Assembly (NCBI GenBank): GCA_003963305.1
Contig: RXJR01000003.1
Location: forward strand, 113,706-177,705
DNA length: 64,000 nucleotides
DNA from: Candidatus Melainabacteria bacterium
GTDB taxonomy: Bacteria; Cyanobacteriota; Vampirovibrionia; Obscuribacterales; Obscuribacteraceae
Direction of reading: 5' to 3'
Shown: piece by piece, positions 9,615 through 18,944 of the stretch
Layout: every line of letters starts with the position of its first letter
How positions within the stretch are numbered: the first letter of the stretch is position 1
The notes under the pieces: model-generated
Seen by the model: only the letters and a program-made list of their open reading frames with translations
What the model was told of the DNA's origin: nothing
Databases searched by the model: none
Translations under genes and position numbers: made by a program

Positions 9615-10718
9615 TTGTTTTTCCGAGTATTAGTTCTTTTGACTCTGCTGATTTCGGGTGTATTGACACCCTCTGTGGCGTGGGCTCGAACCTTCAAGCA
9701 GGCATTGCCGGGATATGTTTTTTCATTTCCTCGCGATCATGTTTCTCACGACGAATTCAAAACCGAGTGGTGGTATTACACAGGACATCTAGAGAGTAAG
9801 GACCAGAAGCATTACGGTTATGAGTTGACATTCTTTCGTACTGGTGTCGATGAACTGCCAGTCAAACAGCGTTCACCCTGGGATGTGAAGGATATTTTTC
9901 TCGCTCATTTTGCAATAACCGACGAGAATAACAAAACCTTTCATTATTTTGAAAAACTGAATCGCAGTGGATTGAGCTCAGCTGGTGCTAGGTTGGATCA
10001 CTATTATGTGTTCAATGAGAACTGGTCGATCGAACAGTTAGGAAATCAGTTTGTCCTGAAGGCAGATACGTCTGATTTCGGCTTGCACTTGCTGCTCACT
10101 TCAGGGAAACCACCTGTAGTGCATGGCAAAGACGGGGTGAGCCAGAAAGCTTCTTGCAAAGGTTGTGCGTCTCACTATTATTCAATGACCAGGCTCAAGA
10201 GTGATGGTTACGTCTATCTGAAAGGGCAATCTGTTCCAGTAAGCGGAACTTCCTGGATGGATCACGAGTTCGGTAGTAATCAGCTTACTTCGGAGCAAGT
10301 TGGCTGGGACTGGTACAGTGTTCAACTAAATGACAATACAGAGCTGATGCTCTACGTGATAAAGAAGACCGATGGGTCAATAGACTCTAACTCTAGCGGA
10401 ACCATTGTGTATGCGGACGGTTCATCTAAGCACATTACGCAGTCAGAATTCTCTATCACAACAAAACGTCAGTGGAAGAGTCCGCACACTGGTGGCATGT
10501 ATCCGATGGACTGGACTATCAACGTGCCGAGCCAGAAGATCAGCCTGAATCTTGTGCCTGTTCTGGACGACCAGGAGCTGAGCACTGCCAAGTCAACTGG
10601 CGTCTCATACTGGGAGGGTGCCACCACAGTCAATGGACAGGTAAACGGTAAATCCGTCAAAGGTCAGGCATATGTCGAAATGACCGGGTACGCCGAAAAA
10701 TTCCACAAAAAAATCTAG
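9615..10718 (+). CDS. Secreted AttH/CrtC-like (carotenoid 1,2-hydratase fold, lipocalin-like) protein
   Basis: TTG start, signal peptide MFFRVLVLLTLLISGVLTPSVAWA, family hallmark FPRDHVSHDEFKTEWWYYTGHL. Lies 6 nt after the permease, giving an attE/F/H-like gene order. Confidence 0.75.
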   Translation: MFFRVLVLLTLLISGVLTPSVAWARTFKQALPGYVFSFPRDHVSHDEFKTEWWYYTGHLESKDQKHYGYELTFFRTGVDELPVKQRSPWDVKDIFLAHFAITDENNKTFHYFEKLNRSGLSSAGARLDHYYVFNENWSIEQLGNQFVLKADTSDFGLHLLLTSGKPPVVHGKDGVSQKASCKGCASHYYSMTRLKSDGYVYLKGQSVPVSGTSWMDHEFGSNQLTSEQVGWDWYSVQLNDNTELMLYVIKKTDGSIDSNSSGTIVYADGSSKHITQSEFSITTKRQWKSPHTGGMYPMDWTINVPSQKISLNLVPVLDDQELSTAKSTGVSYWEGATTVNGQVNGKSVKGQAYVEMTGYAEKFHKKI

Positions 10719-10750
10719 GCGACGCCATGGAACAAGTGGGTCTCATGGAG

Positions 10751-10769
10751 TGCATCCGTCTCGGATGCA
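10751..10769. other. 8-bp inverted repeat hairpin between convergent genes (not a canonical terminator)
   Basis: tgcatccg-tct-cggatgca read directly. No downstream T-tract on either strand, so its function is unclear. Confidence 0.3.
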
Positions 10770-10791
10770 TAAAAACGTCGCGGTTAACTCT

Positions 10792-13700
10792 TCATCGCCC
10801 CGTCGGTACTTTCTCTCGTATTTTTTGCCAGCCATCACCGGCAATCACCCAACCCGCCCAATAACTCGGTGCCTGCCACTGAGGTTGACTACGAATGTAA
10901 TCTTGCGCCTTCTGCAGCGCTTCAACCTCCGTCATCGGATTTTGCGGGTCAAGTAAGCAACTATAGAATTTTTGCATTAATTGCTCGGTCGCTTCATCAT
11001 CGACGCTCCACAGTGACATAAGAATAGAACGTGCGCCGGCAGCCAGGATTGCCGACCGAAGTCCCAGCACGCCCTGTCCGTCTAGCCCTGTGCCTAATCC
11101 GGTTTTGCATGCCGAAAGCGAGACGAGCTTGCAATTCTTCAAATTTAGCCCGACTATTTCTTCAGCCGTTAACAAGTTCGTCAGCAATTTCTTATTGCTC
11201 GCGTTTATGGAATCAGGCATGCTCCGCCACTTGGGCCTTGTTTCAGCACTTGCAATCAGTTCTGCCGTTTTCTCGTCAGCGCCGGATGTTTTTTCGCTTG
11301 GGGCGAGGACGAGACCCGAATCAGTCAGGGGATTGCGAGCGATTGACGGCATCATCGACATCAATCCAAAGTGAATAGCTGGCAAGGCGCGATTTTCGCT
11401 TTGAGCAGATGAATCGCTTCTGGCAAAACCATGAGTGGAAAAGTGGACAACGCTGAAACTGTCAATCTTCTTCTCCACATTCTTCTTACTGGCCTGAGAA
11501 TCGAGAAGGACCTTGCATTCAATACCGGCTTTGCTGGCTTCCGATTTAATGCCATTGATTTCCCTTGCTGTGCCTGGTAAATCATTGAGGTCGTTGCTTC
11601 GGAATGTGCCAACACCTGCTAGCAACAACTGATTGGTCTTGTTCGGTTCACTTTGCTGTGACGTAATTTGAATGAATTCGCGCGGGCTGTCAACCTCACA
11701 AATGGTGAACTGGGTGGCGCCGCATATAGTGCCAATTGAATTCCAGGGTGTTCTTGCCATAGCTGCCTCTGGGCAAAGCCAGAGCTTTGTGACATCTGGT
11801 CCCAGAAATTTGGCGAGTTCAGGATTCAGAATAAAGTGATGCGCCAATTTTTGTGTTAATTGAAGGTATTCTTCCGCTGACAAGAGTGATTGGTTGCTTT
11901 CCAGATCCGGGTGTATATCTCGAGCGGAAAGTTTGGCGTCTCTGTTGTTTGTTGAAATTTGCTGAGTGATGTTGTTTCGCCAACTTGAAATTTCATCGTT
12001 GATTTCACGTGTCTGACCCAGATCCAGCATGTAAATTCCATTTTGCTGAGAGCGTACAGAATCCTTTGCCGGTGCCCTCAGCGCAATCAATGCATAATGT
12101 TCCGTATTATCTTTTATTGACGTATAAGTAAGTATGTCCAGGAAAGCTTGATCAGGTTGCAGGTGACTTTGAAACCACTGCACATCGTGGTTTGTGAGTA
12201 CGTCTGCAATCGTTTGCGCTCCAGTTATCTGGGATAGATTGCGCTCAAGTCTTTCTTTAGTCTCTGTTAGCAAGTTAAATTCGGAAGTTTGCGATTGACC
12301 TGTGTTAGCCATTTGTCCGAGCTTTACCCGGACGTCAGCAAGCTCTGAAACCGACTTTTTGGTAGCACCAGAACTAGTATTAGCTAGCGATGCAATCGCA
12401 GACTGGCTTCGCAATGTTTCTAGTAGCAAGCCCTTCCATTTTATTATGTATCCGTATGCTTTGGACAATTGCTCCTGATCGGTGCAAGTGTTGAGCAAAA
12501 TGCTGCGAACCTGTCGGGTGACGTTTACAAAGGAACATTGCTGCGCAAAAGACAATTGTGAGAATCCATTTTGCAGAAATTTATCGGTAAAGCTCGCTGC
12601 TTTCAGTGCGTAGGTTGCTGCCAGCTCTTTTTCGGAATTTAAACTATGCACCATGGCGATACCTGCGCAATCTCTAGCTGATGATAGTAGTGAGTATGTA
12701 TCGCTGTTTGAATGGTCGGTGGAAAGTGACCAGTCTAGATTCTGCAGCGCTTCCTCTTTGTCACCTAGATGGATGAGTGCCTCTGCAAGGGCGGTTGAAG
12801 ACGCCGTAAATTGAGAGCGATCCTCCGCCTGGTTGTTCACAGAATCGTTGCAGAAATTCAGAGCTTGATTAAGCTCAAATTTTGCTGAATCATAGCGCCC
12901 CTCCGCGAGATCGCAGAATCCTGTAGTATTGCGCATCCAGATCGCGTCAGACGTGCTCAGGTCTGTACACCGCAAAGCTTCCTGCGCATAGTTTTTTGCT
13001 TCTTTGTATTGTCCTGTGGAGAGTTTGATTTGCGAGAGTATTCGATAACAAGGAATTAGTTCTATTGATTTCTCGCCAAATAATTTCAACGCCATTGCTT
13101 GGGCGATGCTTACATTCTTGAGTGCAGCTTCGCTGTCGGATTCAGCCAGATTCAGATTACTCAATTGCAAATAGGCATCGTACTTGAGTTTGCTGTCTGT
13201 CTTGCCATCTGAGATCGTTGCAATCGCACTTTCGGTTAGTTCAGTGGCACGATGATATTTCCCCAACGCTAGCCAAACCGTAGCTAACTGCAAAAGCTTT
13301 CGCGCGAGCGTTTCTGGTGAGTGTGCGTTTCGTGAGTTTGTTTCAGGAGTCAGGTTGCGAGCCTTCAAACAATCTTCAGCGAGATTGAGGCGTTTCTGGG
13401 CTGATTCGAATTCTTCCTCCTCACCTTTCATCTCGGCTAAGACCAGAAGAGCTTCTATGACGTAGTCTAAAGCCCGGTCTCTGCCACCTAGAACGGCGAT
13501 AGTCACTTGCGCCTCAGCATCTGCTTTTGTTTTTGGATTGACCAGCGATTGTGCAAAAGCTAAAATACCCGGCTCTGCCAATCCGATCAGGGGCTGAGTG
13601 TGACCGCTCATATATTTGAGCTGCACTGCTAGCTGCAACGCTGCCTCACTCGTCAGAGCACTCTTGTCGCCGAAGGTCTGGCGTCGAGCTTTGTAGATTG

Positions 13701-14844
13701 ATTCGAGAAGCGGTGCCGAGTTTTGATGAGGATGCTTCTCAATCGTTTTTAGAGTCAAATATTCATTGAGGACCTTGGCGTTTGCGATTTTGGGATCTGT
13801 GCTTCGAATCAAGGGCTGATATATGTCGATGAATTTGAGCCGCTCCTGTTGCGCAAGCCGGCTGAACGCATCAAAGGTCCGATTCGGAGCCAGTTCGATT
13901 GACTGCGCGAGATATTTGGAGGCCACGGAATAATTGCCCTGCACGATCTCGTCATCTGCCATAAAGCTGTAGCAAGTGTTTAGAGCAGGGTGTTGCGGAG
14001 CAAACTTTTTGAAGACAACAATGGCCTCTTCGTAATACTTCTTCGCCAGGTCGAATTTTTTCTCTTTTGCGTAGCTTTGCCCCATAAGAGCCAGCAAAAC
14101 TGCCTGGCTGTCAGGACGGCTTTTTTGGGTTTCAGTAATTTTATTCAGAAGTGGAGTAATATATTTTCTCGCTTCATCTGTATTACCGAGGGCAACCAGG
14201 CATGCGGCGAGGTTCCCCGCAATGTAATCTGCAGTGTTCGAGTCACCGGATTTGGTAGCGATATCAAAGGCTTCCTGATAAGTATCCCGGCCTTCTTTCA
14301 CATTCCCTTGTGCCACCATGATCTTGCCCAGACTCTCCATCTTCGCGGCGATTTGCGGATCTGTGGGAGGTAGTAGCTTCTTGCAGATGTCTAGGGCTTT
14401 GCGCTGGTGGAGTTCAGCTTCGACATAACGGTATTGGTGGCGCAATATTCGGCCGAGAACGTCTTCCGCATCTGCGACTTCCATGGAATCGTTACCACAA
14501 AGCTTTTCATAGTTACTGAGTACTTTGCGGCATAAATCCTCGGCTTTTCTGTTCTTACCGCGATTTTTTAAAAGTTTGAGATAAGCAAACTGGGCATCAG
14601 TTGCTTCTCGTGATTTAGCCCCATAGCGTTTTACAGCCTCGTCAGCATCCTCCTTGAGTTGTGTCTCCAGATCTTTGTCGGACTCTGAAGATGGCGATGT
14701 TGACTGCGATGTGTTCTCTGCTGTGTTTTTGGGACTGTCTCCTGAATTGATTTGCTCACTGGCGTAGGAGTTTTCTGCTGTAGAAAAAAGAGTCAATGAC
14801 GCTAGGACACTGGTCAAAATAACTGACGAAAACTTCAGGTGCAT
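10792..14844 (-). CDS. Giant TPR-repeat protein with C-terminal CHAT (caspase-like) protease domain and N-terminal signal peptide
   Basis: 1350-aa ORF. Signal-like N-terminus MHLKFSSVILTSVLASLTLFSTAENSYA. Many TPR-like helical repeats. CHAT catalytic dyad contexts VVHFSTHGF (His) and LVSLSACKTGLG (Cys), then AGARSILMSLWSVDD. Confidence 0.85.
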   Translation of the reverse strand: MHLKFSSVILTSVLASLTLFSTAENSYASEQINSGDSPKNTAENTSQSTSPSSESDKDLETQLKEDADEAVKRYGAKSREATDAQFAYLKLLKNRGKNRKAEDLCRKVLSNYEKLCGNDSMEVADAEDVLGRILRHQYRYVEAELHQRKALDICKKLLPPTDPQIAAKMESLGKIMVAQGNVKEGRDTYQEAFDIATKSGDSNTADYIAGNLAACLVALGNTDEARKYITPLLNKITETQKSRPDSQAVLLALMGQSYAKEKKFDLAKKYYEEAIVVFKKFAPQHPALNTCYSFMADDEIVQGNYSVASKYLAQSIELAPNRTFDAFSRLAQQERLKFIDIYQPLIRSTDPKIANAKVLNEYLTLKTIEKHPHQNSAPLLESIYKARRQTFGDKSALTSEAALQLAVQLKYMSGHTQPLIGLAEPGILAFAQSLVNPKTKADAEAQVTIAVLGGRDRALDYVIEALLVLAEMKGEEEEFESAQKRLNLAEDCLKARNLTPETNSRNAHSPETLARKLLQLATVWLALGKYHRATELTESAIATISDGKTDSKLKYDAYLQLSNLNLAESDSEAALKNVSIAQAMALKLFGEKSIELIPCYRILSQIKLSTGQYKEAKNYAQEALRCTDLSTSDAIWMRNTTGFCDLAEGRYDSAKFELNQALNFCNDSVNNQAEDRSQFTASSTALAEALIHLGDKEEALQNLDWSLSTDHSNSDTYSLLSSARDCAGIAMVHSLNSEKELAATYALKAASFTDKFLQNGFSQLSFAQQCSFVNVTRQVRSILLNTCTDQEQLSKAYGYIIKWKGLLLETLRSQSAIASLANTSSGATKKSVSELADVRVKLGQMANTGQSQTSEFNLLTETKERLERNLSQITGAQTIADVLTNHDVQWFQSHLQPDQAFLDILTYTSIKDNTEHYALIALRAPAKDSVRSQQNGIYMLDLGQTREINDEISSWRNNITQQISTNNRDAKLSARDIHPDLESNQSLLSAEEYLQLTQKLAHHFILNPELAKFLGPDVTKLWLCPEAAMARTPWNSIGTICGATQFTICEVDSPREFIQITSQQSEPNKTNQLLLAGVGTFRSNDLNDLPGTAREINGIKSEASKAGIECKVLLDSQASKKNVEKKIDSFSVVHFSTHGFARSDSSAQSENRALPAIHFGLMSMMPSIARNPLTDSGLVLAPSEKTSGADEKTAELIASAETRPKWRSMPDSINASNKKLLTNLLTAEEIVGLNLKNCKLVSLSACKTGLGTGLDGQGVLGLRSAILAAGARSILMSLWSVDDEATEQLMQKFYSCLLDPQNPMTEVEALQKAQDYIRSQPQWQAPSYWAGWVIAGDGWQKIREKVPTGR

Positions 14845-15033
14845 TTGCCTCCGTGTTCTTGGATTAGGGCTTCTTCTTTTCCGCAGACTGTCTTAGTTCA
14901 TTTTATCGCGATGCCGGTTCGTTTTGCTCAGGAAGTTGCCGCAGAAGACAGTATTGCCCTTTCTCAGGCGTCCTGGTATCTGTACGGTTGACAACTGATT
15001 GGACTGATACCTGTCAGCTGATACAGTGTATCT

Positions 15034-16104
15034 ATGAATGTGAAGAAACTATCAAGCAGTTTGTTCTTGCTGACACTTATTTCGGTGAATGTCCCCGCAT
15101 TCGCGGCAACGCCGTCGAAGGAAGAGCTTCAGCGACTACTTAATGTCGCCGAGCAGCAGCAACTGAGCCGGGATTTTCGGCGTGCTGAATCTGAATATCA
15201 GAAGGCACTTCTCGAGGCTTCGAAATTTGGTGCTGAATCAGCAGAAGTTCAAGAATGCGAGGCGCATCTCGCCACCCTGTATGTGCTTCACGGCAAGCTG
15301 GATCTTGCGGAGCCTCACTATGTCAAGGCCAAAAATCTCGCAGTAAAGCTGATGAGAGATGGACATGGTGATCCTGAGTGTTATGTGCTTCTAGATGATT
15401 TGTCCGACGCTTATCAGTTGGCTGGTGCGACGCGCGAGACAGAGAGGTGCTATCAACATTGTCTGTCACTGCGCCAGACAATTTCACCGAAGCATAAATT
15501 GTTGCCCACGATTGAAGTGTTGTACGGTGCAGAATTGGTGAAAAATGGGAAAGTTGCTGAAGGTGAGAAGTACCTGAAGCAGGGCTACGCCCGAACAGTT
15601 TCATTAACCGGGGCGAAAAGCGGCGTCACCGGGCAACTTGCTTTGACTCTTGCGAGTACTTACAAAGCTCTTGGTCGCTGGCAAGAGGCGGAAAAGTACT
15701 GCGCCGATTCCGAAACCGTAGCCCGAACTGGTGCCGCGGGCAGTGTCGTGGTTGTGGCGAATGTTGCTCGACTGCACGGCATCATATTAACAAAATTGGG
15801 TCGCTTGAAAGAGGCGGAGTTGGAGTTGAAATCGGCCGAGATAATTCATAACCAGCGAAGTGGAACTGACAATTTTGAGTATGCCTACGATCAGGTCTGC
15901 ATGGCACAAATTTATCTGCAGATGCATAGATTAAATGAAGCCGATAAGGCTATCACTGAGGCGCTTGCTACGATTGAGAAAGATCCTAAATCGGTTAAGT
16001 CCGTAAAGCTCGAGGCTCTAGAATTGGCCGTGAAAATTGCCAGAGCTCTGCACCATACCGGTGATGTCACCAAGAGGGAAGCGCAGTTGAAGAATTTGAC
16101 TTGA
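15034..16104 (+). CDS. Secreted TPR-repeat protein
   Basis: 356-aa ORF. Signal peptide LFLLTLISVNVPAFAATP. Repeated TPR-like A/Y/L-rich helices (for example AESEYQKALLEA and AEPHYVKAKNLA). Divergent from the CHAT gene. Confidence 0.7.
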   Translation: MNVKKLSSSLFLLTLISVNVPAFAATPSKEELQRLLNVAEQQQLSRDFRRAESEYQKALLEASKFGAESAEVQECEAHLATLYVLHGKLDLAEPHYVKAKNLAVKLMRDGHGDPECYVLLDDLSDAYQLAGATRETERCYQHCLSLRQTISPKHKLLPTIEVLYGAELVKNGKVAEGEKYLKQGYARTVSLTGAKSGVTGQLALTLASTYKALGRWQEAEKYCADSETVARTGAAGSVVVVANVARLHGIILTKLGRLKEAELELKSAEIIHNQRSGTDNFEYAYDQVCMAQIYLQMHRLNEADKAITEALATIEKDPKSVKSVKLEALELAVKIARALHHTGDVTKREAQLKNLT

Positions 16105-16150
16105 ATACGTTGACTGGCGAACTTTTCTGAATTGCGATACATTCCGATTA

Positions 16151-17824
16151 GTGGGATCGGAGTTCGTTGTGCATTTAAGCGTTTTAGATTTGATTTATCA
16201 GCGGGCCGGCATGGTTCGGCCCAATCCTGCTGTTTCGGAGTTTCGAAACGGGCGTTGGTCTGACTTTGAGTTCGAAGCTATTCAGCGACAGGCGCAGCAT
16301 CTATCTAATTACTTGATTGATAGCGGTATCAAATCTGGTGACCGCATTGCGTTACTTTCCGAGTCGGATTCTAATTGCGGTGTTGTTTTCTTTGCTGCCG
16401 TTCGTGCCGGAGCCATTCTGGTGGCGCTTGACGCTGATGGTGCCGTTGATGATTTGAGAGCTCAACTGCTGGATAGTGCCCCCGCGTTGGTTTTTGCTTC
16501 GAAGCGCTATGTCGATCTTGCGGCAAAAATAGTGAATGAGTTAAAAATGGGAACGGGCATAATCTGTACGCAGGAATCTCCAGATCTTCCTTATAGAACC
16601 GTTAGCAGCGTCTCAACCCATATACTTCACGAAGGCTGCGAGCGGAATCTGGAAGAGACTGCTCTGATTGCTTACACCAGGGGCGCTACCGCGGAACCCA
16701 AGGGTGTGATGTTGACTTTCAGTAATTTGTTGTTTCAAGCTGACTGTCTACAGCGCTTGTTTGAAGTAGGAAAGAAAGATCTGTTTCTTTCTGCTTTGCC
16801 GCCAGCCAGCTTGATCGAGTTAACGTTTGGGTATCTTGGCATTCTGTTTGCCGGCGGTCAGGTGTGCTACATCCCAGAGGCTAGTTTCAGGGAGAAGTTG
16901 CGTATTCTGCCGACCCTCGACGTAACACACGTTGTGGCTCATGAGCCTGACTTGTCTCTGGTTGTTGATGTTATTCGCCGTCGTCTCGCCAGGGCGTCAA
17001 TGCAGAGGCGGCTGAAATTCAAAATGCGTTTTGGATTGGCTAAATTGCTGCCCAGGCGGTCCCGCCGTAAGCTTTTTCCCCTTGTGAGCGAAGTGGTAGG
17101 GTCTCGATTTAGATCTTTCATCAGTGTCGGCTCTGTGATTTCTGCAGATGTGGAGAGTTTTCTCGATACGGTGGGCATCGATATATATCGGGGTTATGGA
17201 TTGACTGAGACAGGCGCCGTCACAACCTTAAATGGTGCCGATAATTTTCGACTGCATTCGGTTGGGAAACCATTACCCGACGTTGAATTGCGATTGCTTG
17301 GCTCGAAAGGCGTAGGAGATGCGGGAGAGATTGTCGTTCGCGGACCAAATATAATGCGCGGTTACTATAAGCAGGGCGACAAAACTAGTGTAGCGATCGA
17401 TTCGTCGGGATGGCTTTATACAGGTGATCTAGGTGTTCTTGACGAGGACGGCTACCTGTTCTTCCGCGGACGAATCAAAGATCTTATTCACCTTGCAGAT
17501 GGCAGTAAATTTTTTCCTCAAGAGGTGGAACAGGTCATTTTGCAGTCAGCTCTAATAAAGGAAATTTGTCTTCTGGGCTTGCGTGATCCGAATAGCTTTT
17601 ACCACAATAAAGTGGTGGCAGTAGTAGTACCAGAAAAGAATGGCGTCAGCAAGAGCGCAATAACGAAATCTATCAACGTGTTGTTGGCAAACATGCCTGC
17701 TTTCATGATTCCTGCAAAAGTTGTACTTTCAACGACTAGCTTGCCACGCACGACCTCAGGCGAAGTAAAGCGGCACGAGGTCCTTAGCTGGCTGAAGAGC
17801 ACCGAATCAGCTAATCAACTCTGA
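16151..17824 (+). CDS. AMP-dependent synthetase/ligase (acyl-CoA synthetase family)
   Basis: AMP-binding motif variant YTRGATAEPKGVMLT, then GYGLTETG and TGDLGVLDEDGYLFFRGRIKDLI. GTG start. Confidence 0.85.
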   Translation: MGSEFVVHLSVLDLIYQRAGMVRPNPAVSEFRNGRWSDFEFEAIQRQAQHLSNYLIDSGIKSGDRIALLSESDSNCGVVFFAAVRAGAILVALDADGAVDDLRAQLLDSAPALVFASKRYVDLAAKIVNELKMGTGIICTQESPDLPYRTVSSVSTHILHEGCERNLEETALIAYTRGATAEPKGVMLTFSNLLFQADCLQRLFEVGKKDLFLSALPPASLIELTFGYLGILFAGGQVCYIPEASFREKLRILPTLDVTHVVAHEPDLSLVVDVIRRRLARASMQRRLKFKMRFGLAKLLPRRSRRKLFPLVSEVVGSRFRSFISVGSVISADVESFLDTVGIDIYRGYGLTETGAVTTLNGADNFRLHSVGKPLPDVELRLLGSKGVGDAGEIVVRGPNIMRGYYKQGDKTSVAIDSSGWLYTGDLGVLDEDGYLFFRGRIKDLIHLADGSKFFPQEVEQVILQSALIKEICLLGLRDPNSFYHNKVVAVVVPEKNGVSKSAITKSINVLLANMPAFMIPAKVVLSTTSLPRTTSGEVKRHEVLSWLKSTESANQL

Positions 17825-17834
17825 AGATCGAATC

Positions 17835-18866
17835 TCAGACCATTGAACTTGGACATATGTTGTTCACGGGGCAGCGTGGACAGTCTGGTTTTCTTGCGAA
17901 GCACATTCTGCGACCATGCCAGATTAAGGTGATGGAAAGCTTGGACCAGTCTTGACCTGGAAATAGTTTCTGCAAATCGACTTCAATCTTTTCTGGTTCA
18001 GTATTTTTTGTAAATCCAAGCCGGGCTGACAGTCGCTGCACATGAGTGTCAACGGTCCAGCCTGGAACACCAAATATGACACCAAGAACGACATTGGCTG
18101 TCTTTCGGCCTACACCGGGTAATGTCGTCAATTCTTCAATAGTCTGGGGAACAACCCCGCCGAAGTTTGCTACCAGAGCCTGAGCGCATTTTTGTATGTT
18201 GTTGGCTTTGGCATTGAAAAACCCGGTCGGTTTGATGATTTCTTTGATTTCATCCAGATCGGCTTCTGCTAAGGCTTTTGCATCTGGAAACCTTTCAAAC
18301 AAAGCTGGTGTAACTTTGTTAACCGTGACGTCTGTTGTTTGCGCGGACATGATTACAGCTGTTAGCAGTTGAAATGCACTGCTGTAATCTAGCTCACAAT
18401 CAGCTTCGGGGTATTCCTGACAGAGCAAGTTCATTTCTTGCTGAGCAATTTCGCGAGAGACTAAGTTGAAAGAAGGCTGGACTGATTTTTTCGCAGCTTT
18501 TGGGGTACGGACAATATTGTCAGCCTTTTTCGAGGATGCTGTCGCTTTGGTCGAAGACTTTTTGATTACGCGTTTGCTGTCTTTGTCGGACGATTTGGCC
18601 CTGGCATTTCCTTCGGCAGTCTTCTTGGACTTACTGGATGACTGCTCGGCAACGGCCTTTGCCGCAACGGCTTTTGTTGCAACGGCTTTTCCCGCAACGG
18701 CTTTTCCGGTAACGGCTTTTCCGGTAACGGCTTTTCCGGTAACGGCTTTTCCGGTAACGGCTTTGCCGGTTACAGCTTTTCCAATAACAGCTTTTCCAGC
18801 GTTTTTTGTCACAGCGCTTGCTGCTTTGTTCTTACCTGCTTTCTCGTTCATTTTTGAAGACGCCAT
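17835..18866 (-). CDS. nth: Endonuclease III (DNA glycosylase/AP lyase) with about 130-aa Lys/Ala-rich N-terminal extension
   Basis: HhH-GPD core LLTAVIMSAQTTDVTVNKV, LPGVGRKTANVVL, VDTHVQRL. 4Fe-4S cluster loop CFARKPDCPRCPVNNIC. N-terminus holds GKAVT pentapeptide repeats and a lysine-rich tract. Confidence 0.9.
   Translation of the reverse strand: MASSKMNEKAGKNKAASAVTKNAGKAVIGKAVTGKAVTGKAVTGKAVTGKAVTGKAVAGKAVATKAVAAKAVAEQSSSKSKKTAEGNARAKSSDKDSKRVIKKSSTKATASSKKADNIVRTPKAAKKSVQPSFNLVSREIAQQEMNLLCQEYPEADCELDYSSAFQLLTAVIMSAQTTDVTVNKVTPALFERFPDAKALAEADLDEIKEIIKPTGFFNAKANNIQKCAQALVANFGGVVPQTIEELTTLPGVGRKTANVVLGVIFGVPGWTVDTHVQRLSARLGFTKNTEPEKIEVDLQKLFPGQDWSKLSITLIWHGRRMCFARKPDCPRCPVNNICPSSMV
18649..18798 (-). 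repeat. Ten tandem 15-bp units (plus-strand consensus gtaacggcttttccg) encoding (G/A)KAV(T/A) repeats inside nth
   Basis: Units counted directly at 18649, 18664, 18679 and so on to 18784. The four central copies are near-identical and the outer copies are degenerate. The repeat is in frame (15 = 5 codons). Confidence 0.95.
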
Positions 18867-18944
18867 CTCTTTTCGCCACCCTTAGACTTTCCAATGTCCG
18901 AACACAAATGTTTGATCACAGATTTTAGAGCAACTGGCAACGGA

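Noticed and set aside
18466-18885. 139-aa plus-strand ORF with FPVTA repeats
   Set aside because: It is antisense to the 15-bp repeat tract of nth. The minus-strand frame continues into a complete endonuclease III, so this ORF is a repeat artefact.
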